From: Angelakisella sp.
Lineage (GTDB): Bacteria; Bacillota; Clostridia; Oscillospirales; Ruminococcaceae
Assembly (NCBI GenBank): GCA_013316495.1
Contig: WSMP01000001.1
Coordinates: 1-42,063 of the forward strand
Length of the DNA: 42,063 nucleotides
Reading direction: 5' to 3'
Below the pieces are notes generated by a model. The model saw only the letters and a program-made list of their open reading frames with translations. It had not been told where the DNA came from and ran no database searches. The position numbers and the translations under genes were made by a program. This document shows, piece by piece, positions 36,201-42,063 of this stretch (the first letter of the stretch is position 1; every line of letters begins with the position of its first letter).

Positions 36201-37194
36201 CTACTTTGAAATCCCTGGCATTCCCGTTGGAGATTACAGCATCGTCATTCGTGATCCCGATGGGAATATTATAGGGGTTGGCAGCATCACGGTTGGTCCA
36301 GATCAGGTATCTGGCGGTTTGACAGAAGGTAATTGCACCATTACCGTTCCTGCAAATTATATAACCCAAGATGTAGTAGGCACAATTAAAGATCATGAGG
36401 GAAATCCAGCGATCGATTATCTGGTGGAGCTGATAGATAAGTATGACCGGGTAGCCGGATCTGACTGCACAGATAAAAACGGGTATTTTGAGATTCTGGG
36501 TATCCCTGTTGGAGAGTATACGATGGTTGTCCGGGATCCCAACGGAAACATCGTGGGGACTGGCTATGTTTCGGTCACTCCGGAAGGAGTTTCTGGCGAG
36601 CTGACAGAAGGGTTGTATACCGCAGCCATTTCTTTTCTTGCAAAGAACCAGCTGGAAGAAGAGACCGACAAGAGCGTTTATTGGGAGTTGGCATTAAAAG
36701 AGGTCAAAGAAAAGGCCCTGACAGGCAAAAAATCCATCCGTTTAGGATATCTACCTAATTATCAGCTGCCAGTCTGGTGGCTGGAGGAACTACGTGAAAC
36801 CGGCCTCGATGTCGAGCTTTCTTTTTATGCCCTAAACTATGCCAAGAACCGTGCTGTCCTCTGGTCCTTCCATACAAAGGACCTTGGCTCTTTCCCTGCA
36901 AGCCGAATCTCCTATGACCTGGAAACATCGGATGATAAAGTATCTCCTATCGTTCCAGAAGGAGAAATTGTCCTTCGACAGCTTCAGGTCAAGCATCTGG
37001 AAGAGCTTCCCTTCCCTTTCGCTTTGGAGGTTACAACTAGCTGGTTGCGAGGAAAAGAGGCTAATCTATACTCCTTTGACAGCCAAAACCAAACTCTAAC
37101 GCTCATTGATACAGGGGTAATTGATGAAGAACGGAAGGTAAAGTTCCATCTTCAAAAAGGTGGAGATTACATCATTACTGTAAAAAACAACTGA
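33280..37194 (+). CDS. Large secreted adhesin-like protein: Gly-rich domain, 4-5 Ig-like repeats, 3 carboxypeptidase-regulatory/prealbumin-like repeats
   Basis: Signal peptide (...AITPVYA); TFQSSGVWTAP...GRGGDG...GGGGGG; DSDAPVI...WYAWAKDVVGNVS repeats; VTD.DG.PA...TD..GYF repeats. Confidence 0.85.
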   Translation: MNVKENRYKLYQRILLHLLAGLLAIAMAITPVYAAIQENTSQYDPSSWVTNRQGPSDQRFNEFVSITVGPITEDNVTINVSAPNYTRNQSGAVRKTYWSTAIQYSVDGGPWYSTDPYHKDGSLAWAGYDKAVSASVTIPRTGTARRVAVRSLILRYVFEDMASQTRKTYMYYYNHTRSVLIPAKGFYAATQTFQSSGVWTAPADGNYQFHVIGRGGDGTGGNSGHGGGGGGYAVHQAYMKKGETANIIISAAQSALSVKGQTVIANAGATGGAGGTASGGNISNQAGTAGQGGIRIIYGYDSDDSAEYEYMGGYGGAAQGVYGGAGGSFSWAGTGQNGLQYGDGGGGCARTSLWGGGTGSAGIGAAGAVIIEAPTDRVPPAILGVNTPSYWVPGAMATISAQDDKSGIVGYAVTKDQNIPSNWQASNQCTIEPGLQYAWAIDALGNISAPFAFTVAVDTDAPVIQDVTVDTVFSDGPTRSDIMIKAEDPVINGSIATGVRWYAVTQTSNPPAQGDWQGDNVFSIEGQGDWYAWAKDVVGNVSEPFPFAPDVDSDAPVIHSVTVDTSFSDGLTYSDVTIEAEDPIIDGDAASGVKWYAITQSSDAPTQSDWQGDNVFSIEGQGDWYAWAKDVVGNVSEPFPFAPDVDSDAPVIHSVTVDTTFSDGLTYSDVTIEAEDPIIDGDAASGVKWYAITQSIVSPSQGDWQEANVFSIEGQGDWYAWAKDVMGNVSKPFPFAPDVDSDAPVIHDVVVDTVFTDGLICSDVIIDAEDPVINGDAASGVRWYAITKSSVFPTEGDWQEANVFSINGQGNWYAWAKDVMGNASKPYFITITAPPEYSTKDAAAVVTDPDGKPAEGCIVEIVNGNGTIIGAGETDINGYTKIPEVPVGEYELVIRDSDGSVLGTGSTVVTPDGISGSMTEGDYSVSVFPAEEYITQIITGSVTDQKGNPAIGYIVEIVNRNDRVVGSDLTDRYGYFEIPGIPVGDYSIVIRDPDGNIIGVGSITVGPDQVSGGLTEGNCTITVPANYITQDVVGTIKDHEGNPAIDYLVELIDKYDRVAGSDCTDKNGYFEILGIPVGEYTMVVRDPNGNIVGTGYVSVTPEGVSGELTEGLYTAAISFLAKNQLEEETDKSVYWELALKEVKEKALTGKKSIRLGYLPNYQLPVWWLEELRETGLDVELSFYALNYAKNRAVLWSFHTKDLGSFPASRISYDLETSDDKVSPIVPEGEIVLRQLQVKHLEELPFPFALEVTTSWLRGKEANLYSFDSQNQTLTLIDTGVIDEERKVKFHLQKGGDYIITVKNN
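34657..35775 (+). repeat. Four intragenic tandem 282-bp (94-aa) repeats
   Basis: GA(C/T)GC(T/C)CCTGTAAT at 34657, 34939, 35221 and 35503; middle copies nearly identical at DNA level. Confidence 0.92.
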
Positions 37195-37206
37195 CAGAAA
37201 AAGCAG

Positions 37207-37240
37207 AGAGGTCTCAGGGGCATTCCCTGGGGCCTCTTTT
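37207..37240 (+). terminator. Rho-independent terminator after adhesin gene
   Basis: AGAGGTCTCAGGG...CCCTGGGGCCTCT followed by TTTT. Confidence 0.7.
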
Positions 37241-37260
37241 CCACGGAAAGGAGTACCACA

Positions 37261-37395
37261 ATGGCAAACGGATATGATTTTATCCCCAACCCGGCTGAGT
37301 TCGGTCTGCCCCCGGAGTTTGAAACGGAGACTCCGGATGAGGAGTTCTTTCTTTCGCCGGATGGAAAGGAGGTCCCACATGAGCCAAAGCAATAA
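37261..37395 (+). CDS. Small acidic Pro/Phe-rich peptide (44 aa), not in the ORF track
   Basis: GAAAGGAG RBS 7 nt before the ATG; MANGYDFIPNPAEFGLPPEFETETPDEEFFLSPDGKEVPHEPKQ*; overlaps the next start. Confidence 0.6.
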   Translation: MANGYDFIPNPAEFGLPPEFETETPDEEFFLSPDGKEVPHEPKQ

Positions 37396-39595
37396 GTGCC
37401 GAGAGCAGCTGGCCGAAATGTTCCTCCACTGCCTGGAAGAGGAAAAACTGCCCTGGCACGCCGTCTGGGACACCTCTCCACAGCAAAATGCAGTATCAGG
37501 GAAAAGCTATCGCGGAATCAACGCCTTTACCCTCACCCTGGCCGCTTGGATACGAGGCTGTGAGGATCCCCGATGGTGTACCTTCGAGCAGGGAAAAAAG
37601 GCTGGGTGGCATCTGAAAAAGGGCAGCAAGGGGGTCCCTATTGAGTTTTGGAGCCTGATGCACTGCAAAACCCACCAGGTGGTGGATTTCAAGACCGCCC
37701 AGGAGGCCATCCAAAAGGGCGAGGCCCTGAAGGAAGATTACCGTTATTACTGCCGGGTGTACCATGTCTTCAATGGCGGTGATTTCGAGGGCATCCCCGA
37801 ATACCGCCTGGAAAACCGGAACAAACCGGATCTCCATCAGATCCGCAGCCACCGGGATACCCTGCTCCGCAACATGAAGGTGAATTTTCAGGGGGACGGA
37901 AGCAGCTGCTACTATTCACCCCAAACGGATACCATCACCATGCCCCCGGAAGGGGCTTTCCACGACACCTATGGATACGTATGCTCCTTCCTCCACGAAG
38001 CAGGACACGCAACGGGGCATGAGAGCCGGTTAAACCGGACTTTTGGCACCACCGAGGAGGAATATGCTATTGAGGAGCTGCGGGCAGAGATCGCCTCCGC
38101 CATGACCGCCCAGCAGTTGGGCATTCCCCTCACTGCACAGCAGCGGCAGGAGCATCTGGATTCCCATAAGGCTTATGTGCAGTCCTGGGGTGCGGCCATC
38201 CGAAACGCGCCCCAGGAACTCTTCAAGGCGATCCAGGATGCGGGAAAAATTACCGATTACCTGATTGAAAAAGGGGAATATCTTTCTGCTGTGCCAGAGC
38301 AAATGGCGGTGGAAGGGGATTCGCGAAATGCCCCTGCTCCGGAGGAGAGAACTTTTTCCATCCAGCGCCGTCTGGACAATAGTGTTGTTGTGGAGTTGGA
38401 TGGCAAACAGCATCTTTTAGAAGGCCGTATGTACCAAGTTGATTTCCGAGATATGAGCGAAAACATTTTAAACGCCTTTGTATCTCAGCATCTTCCGGCT
38501 TTAAAAGAAACGGATGCTCCGCATCATACTGCGCTCAAGAGCCAGCCAGAACAAGAAGCACCTAGAGCGGCTGTGGCGGACTGGACTGCTTGTCAAAGAT
38601 CATCCGGTCCATCTCGCCCACGGGGCAAAGGCGGAAACGGCCAGGTCGCTCAGGCGATCAAACAACACTTCGATGTGCTGGAATACGCCCAGGAGGTGTA
38701 TGGCCTGCATTTTAAGGAACGGTACGGCGAATACCAGTGTATTGAGCATGACAGCCTTTGGATAGACCCGGTGAAAAATCTGTGGAACCGCTATTCCAGG
38801 CAGGTGGGCGGCTCGGTCATTGATCTGGTAATGCACATGGATGATCTTTCCAACACCGAGGCCATTTCCCGTCTGCGCAGGGAGATGGGAAAGTACAGCG
38901 TTTACAAGCCGGGCAAATATGCCCCCCTTGCTTTGGCTCAGAGCCAGAAACGTCAACAGAAATTTGTGCTTCCGGAAGACGCCAGATCAGCAAAGAGAGT
39001 ATTCCAATATCTGAAAAAAAGCCGCTGCATTCATCCCCAGGTCATTTCTGAAATGCTCAGCGCCAAGCTGCTTTATCAGGAGATGGTGCATTTTAACTGC
39101 GTTTTTGTATCTCCAGACTACGATGGAGTCGTTAAAAACTGTTCCATGCGAGCCTCCAACGATACACGCTTTTTTAGGGAATCTGGGGAAAAACTGGGCT
39201 GGATGGTGAATCCCCATCAGCGCGCTTTGTTTGTCTGCGAAGCGCCTATTGATGCCATGTCTATCATGTCGCTGCTCCACCATGGCGGAAAAGATTTTAT
39301 GGACTACAGCTACTACGCCCAGTGCGGAATGCCCAGGAAAGGTTCCCTGGGTTATCATCTGGAGCACAATCCGGAGGTTCAGACGGTCTATTTGTGCTAC
39401 GATAACGACGAGGCCGGACGTGTTTTTACCGAACGAGCGAAGAAAGAGCTTCAGGAGGCAGGATTTACAGGAAAGCTGGTAGTCAAATCTCCTGTGGCAA
39501 AGGACTTTAACGATGATTTAAAAGCACTGCTCGCTCACCGGCAACCGGTGCAGCCACCGGCAGAAATGGAGGGAATGTTATGTATGAAACCGTAA
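37379..39595 (+). CDS. ArdC-like ssDNA-binding/zincin domain fused to DUF3991-like/Toprim primase module
   Basis: LPWHAVW...SGKSYRGIN...DPRWCTFEQ, YYSPQTDTITMP, HEAGHATGH, EELRAEIASA; C-terminal CEAPIDAMS and LCYDNDEAG...KDFNDDL; GAAAGGAGG RBS before the ATG at 37379. Confidence 0.85.
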   Translation: MSQSNKCREQLAEMFLHCLEEEKLPWHAVWDTSPQQNAVSGKSYRGINAFTLTLAAWIRGCEDPRWCTFEQGKKAGWHLKKGSKGVPIEFWSLMHCKTHQVVDFKTAQEAIQKGEALKEDYRYYCRVYHVFNGGDFEGIPEYRLENRNKPDLHQIRSHRDTLLRNMKVNFQGDGSSCYYSPQTDTITMPPEGAFHDTYGYVCSFLHEAGHATGHESRLNRTFGTTEEEYAIEELRAEIASAMTAQQLGIPLTAQQRQEHLDSHKAYVQSWGAAIRNAPQELFKAIQDAGKITDYLIEKGEYLSAVPEQMAVEGDSRNAPAPEERTFSIQRRLDNSVVVELDGKQHLLEGRMYQVDFRDMSENILNAFVSQHLPALKETDAPHHTALKSQPEQEAPRAAVADWTACQRSSGPSRPRGKGGNGQVAQAIKQHFDVLEYAQEVYGLHFKERYGEYQCIEHDSLWIDPVKNLWNRYSRQVGGSVIDLVMHMDDLSNTEAISRLRREMGKYSVYKPGKYAPLALAQSQKRQQKFVLPEDARSAKRVFQYLKKSRCIHPQVISEMLSAKLLYQEMVHFNCVFVSPDYDGVVKNCSMRASNDTRFFRESGEKLGWMVNPHQRALFVCEAPIDAMSIMSLLHHGGKDFMDYSYYAQCGMPRKGSLGYHLEHNPEVQTVYLCYDNDEAGRVFTERAKKELQEAGFTGKLVVKSPVAKDFNDDLKALLAHRQPVQPPAEMEGMLCMKP

Positions 39596-39909
39596 AAACC
39601 ACCCCTGTAAGTATGGAACAGGTGGGTCAGAGTATCGTGGAATCCGCCAAGGGTGCTACCGGTTCTATTTTGAATATGATCAAGGGGATTCTGGATGGAA
39701 CAGTGATCCCTCTCTGCCTGGCCGCCCTGATGATCACGATGCTGTTCCTCATCGGTTCCATCGCCTATGAAAAGCGCAGAGGCGAAACGGACACCCTGGA
39801 GACCAAAGTGAAGGCTCTGTTGGTCTCCTTGGCGGTATTCGTGGTGCTGGCCGGGTATGGAGTGATCTGGGGGAATCTGATCGCCACCCTGGTAGGGCAG
39901 GCAGTCTGA
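39580..39909 (+). CDS. Small 2-TM conjugation protein, VirB2/TrbC-like (DUF3852-like)
   Basis: 109 aa, two hydrophobic helices, first gene of the transfer cluster. Confidence 0.55.
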   Translation: MYETVKTTPVSMEQVGQSIVESAKGATGSILNMIKGILDGTVIPLCLAALMITMLFLIGSIAYEKRRGETDTLETKVKALLVSLAVFVVLAGYGVIWGNLIATLVGQAV

Positions 39910-40763
39910 TGTCCAGTACACTTTCCGGCTTCGTAACAGCCAGCGTAAAAGACACCTTTTCCTCCCTTTGGAAGGACTGCTTCGGAAAGGCTGCCGACTG
40001 GATCCTTGCCTTAATGGACCTGCTTTTTGGTTCTGTTTCCAACGCTTTTGTGGGCGCCTTTGAAAATCCCATCATCCAAGCGATCATGGCGATCCTCCAG
40101 ATGGTTTGCTGGGTCGTTTTCGCAGTGGCCTGCATCTTCTATTTTCTTCAGATCGCCAGGGAAAAACAGCGAGACTGGTCCACCATTACCTTGTGCTTCT
40201 TAAACACAACGGCTTTTATCGCCTTGCATCAACTGATCTGCCAGATATTCTTTGTCGTTCCAAGTTTTTTGATATCCTCTTTGCAATTCCGAGGAATGGC
40301 AGGGGAACGGGACATTCTATCGGCCCTTCCGGATAGCACGTTTGGAGGCTTTTATCTGCTGATCTTTGAAATTGCCATCATCTACTTTCTCTTCATTTCG
40401 GTCCAGCGGTTCGGGAAGATGCTCCTTCAGATGCTGATTGCCCCCTTTTACGTTCCAGCCTTCCTTCTGGGGGATAAACAACTCATTGCCGACTGGTTCA
40501 AAAGCACCGCCGCCTGTGGATTTGTTTTCGCCATCCAGTATCTGGTATTCTACAGCGGCTATCTGCTTCTCTATTTCGGCGGAGGAGATTTATCCGCCCG
40601 CATTCTGGGAATATCACTGCTGATTGCCACCTTCAGCGCACCATCAGCCCTCCAGCGGTATGCCAATATCGCCTCTCCAGGCCGCAGCATCGGGCAAAGC
40701 CTGTATTTTGGCGGAACGGCATTAACCTCTACTATGAGACTATTGGGAGGGCTGCGAAAATGA
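39909..40763 (+). CDS. VirB6/TrbL-like polytopic conjugation protein (DUF6045-like)
   Basis: Multiple TM segments, QRFGKMLLQMLIAPFYVP...WFK pattern; position in the cluster. Confidence 0.7.
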   Translation: MSSTLSGFVTASVKDTFSSLWKDCFGKAADWILALMDLLFGSVSNAFVGAFENPIIQAIMAILQMVCWVVFAVACIFYFLQIAREKQRDWSTITLCFLNTTAFIALHQLICQIFFVVPSFLISSLQFRGMAGERDILSALPDSTFGGFYLLIFEIAIIYFLFISVQRFGKMLLQMLIAPFYVPAFLLGDKQLIADWFKSTAACGFVFAIQYLVFYSGYLLLYFGGGDLSARILGISLLIATFSAPSALQRYANIASPGRSIGQSLYFGGTALTSTMRLLGGLRK

Positions 40764-41044
40764 AAGAAAGAATCTACTACATACCCAAAAACCTCCATTC
40801 AGAATGGCTGCTTCTGGGCTGCTTTACACTGCCAGATGCTACACTGTTAATTCTTACCTTTTTTCTTGCGGTGGCGGTTTCCTACGGAACACAGGTTCTC
40901 ACGGCCTTTTTCCCCTGGTGCCTTTTGCTGGTTTTTCGTCTGCGCATCGACGAGCGGACGGTCGCCCGCCATCTGCTGACCCGTCTCCATTTTTTGCTGA
41001 ACCGAGGCAGCCGCACCTATCTTCTTTTTGGAAAGGAGCGTTGA
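40760..41044 (+). CDS. VirB3/PrgI-like small membrane protein
   Basis: YYIPKNL...LLGCFTLPD + 2 TM helices; between VirB6- and VirB4-like genes. Confidence 0.6.
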   Translation: MKERIYYIPKNLHSEWLLLGCFTLPDATLLILTFFLAVAVSYGTQVLTAFFPWCLLLVFRLRIDERTVARHLLTRLHFLLNRGSRTYLLFGKER

Positions 41045-41047
41045 ACG

Positions 41048-41566
41048 ATGGAAATGACCGACCTTTTGAATCTGGAGGTGGAAAATGACCACCTCCTTAC
41101 TCCAGGGGGACCGCTGTTCTTCTTCCGTGTCCAGCCGCCGAATCTTCCGATTTTGGATAACACCGCCCTGGAGGCCCTTTACCAGGGATTTGAAGCCCTG
41201 ATGAGGGGGAGCGAACAGATCCCCTTCGCCATCTACGCTGCCGATCTCCCCGTATCTCTGGAGCAGAACCGCGAATACATCCGTTCCCTGGGAGAGCCTT
41301 GTGAAGGAATGCAGGCGGCGCTCTTGGCGGAGCTTTCCACAGCCCAGGGGCGGGGTAACACAGAGCGCGCCTATTACATTATCGTTGGTGAAAGACCACG
41401 GGGAAGGGGTCCGCGGGGAGAATGGCGGGATACCCTTCACAGCCTCTTGCTCCAAAATGGGATTTCGGTCCTGCCAGTAACGGGAGATTCCTTAATTTCC
41501 ATTCTCCGGGGATGGCTTCTCCGGGAATTTGTGGACGACCAAATCTATATGGGGGTGGAGGAATGA
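41048..41566 (+). CDS. Hypothetical conjugation protein upstream of VirB4
   Basis: FFRVQPPNL...RAYYII pattern; AAGGAG RBS; ATGA overlap with the next gene. Confidence 0.6.
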   Translation: MEMTDLLNLEVENDHLLTPGGPLFFFRVQPPNLPILDNTALEALYQGFEALMRGSEQIPFAIYAADLPVSLEQNREYIRSLGEPCEGMQAALLAELSTAQGRGNTERAYYIIVGERPRGRGPRGEWRDTLHSLLLQNGISVLPVTGDSLISILRGWLLREFVDDQIYMGVEE

Positions 41567-42063
41567 AACGACAGAAAAAAGAAGCAGCTGTAACCATCTC
41601 GCCTGTGGTGCGGCACCTGCTTCCCACCCGGCTGGACTTCGAGGTAGACCATATTCAGCAGCCGGGCCTTTTCCGGAAAATTTTCGCAGTCCGGAACCTT
41701 CCCCGCAGCATTACCCGTGGAAACAACGGCATCCTGCGGAAGCTCATGCAATTGCCAAACACCACCGTCACCACGCGGATCGCCAGCATGGACGCGGCCA
41801 CCGCAAAGAAACTCATCGACCGGCAGTACAACAACTCCCTGGGCACTGCCGTCACGCGGGCGGGGATGGTGACCCAGGTCATTGAGGCCCAGGGGGAGGC
41901 CAGTGACCTGGCCTCCTTCTACGAGGAGATGCAGCGCCACGCCGGGGAAGGGGCCGCCATTAAGTTGGTGAATATTTATATTGAGATCTATGGCGTAGAT
42001 AGACAGCAGCTTCGGGAAAATGAAGACCGCCTGAAAGGGCTGTGCGGCGCTACCGGCATTACC
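41563..42063 (+). CDS. Probable VirB4-like conjugation ATPase, N-terminus (truncated by window end)
   Basis: GGAGG RBS, open frame MKRQKKEAAV...IKLVNIYIEIYG to the window end; assigned from gene order only, ATPase motifs not visible. Confidence 0.6.
   Translation, partial: MKRQKKEAAVTISPVVRHLLPTRLDFEVDHIQQPGLFRKIFAVRNLPRSITRGNNGILRKLMQLPNTTVTTRIASMDAATAKKLIDRQYNNSLGTAVTRAGMVTQVIEAQGEASDLASFYEEMQRHAGEGAAIKLVNIYIEIYGVDRQQLRENEDRLKGLCGATGIT

Larger units (their letters stand above)
18269..42063 (+). mobile_element. Integrative conjugative element (left part) inserted at tRNA-Gln, with Tad/Flp pilus and T4SS genes
   Basis: tRNA fragment + tyrosine integrase + ParAB + ArdC/primase + VirB-like genes, nearly all co-oriented; continues past the window end. 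Confidence 0.88.

Noticed and set aside
33280-37194. Diversity-generating retroelement or shufflon target
   Set aside because: No reverse transcriptase, adenine-specific TR/VR pair, invertase or inverted cassettes are visible in this window; such elements beyond the window cannot be excluded.
37274-37378. Extended N-terminus of the ArdC fusion given by the ORF track
   Set aside because: No RBS at 37274; strong SD sequences support the 37261 peptide and the 37379 start instead.
18385-42063. Prophage
   Set aside because: No terminase, capsid, portal or lysis genes; the content is pilus and conjugation machinery.

Overview
GC-rich Bacillota (Clostridia, Oscillospiraceae-like) chromosomal segment in two parts. 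Bases ~1-17.9 kb are host genes: a peptidase/amidohydrolase/YfcC-transporter operon, an ABC exporter, a pentapeptide-repeat protein, a GNAT, udk, mutS2, and a self-contained lactose/cellobiose-family PTS operon with its own EI and HPr. At 18269-18312 lies the 3' half of a tRNA-Gln(CUG), truncated at the anticodon loop. It is adjoined on the host side by three ~115-bp structured tandem repeats and marks the att boundary of an integrative conjugative element that runs off the right end of the window. The ICE carries a tyrosine integrase, ParA/ParB, an Rpn-type PD-(D/E)XK nuclease with an apparent internal small-protein start, and two secreted proteins. It also has an apparently complete Gram-positive Tad/Flp pilus locus ending in a 1304-aa repeat-rich adhesin-like protein, an ArdC-primase fusion preceded by an unannotated acidic peptide, and the start of a VirB2/VirB6/VirB3/VirB4-like conjugation operon. 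The most interesting element is the Tad pilus + adhesin + T4SS combination on one ICE. All family assignments come from motif recognition by eye, with no database searches, and GC contrasts are visual estimates.
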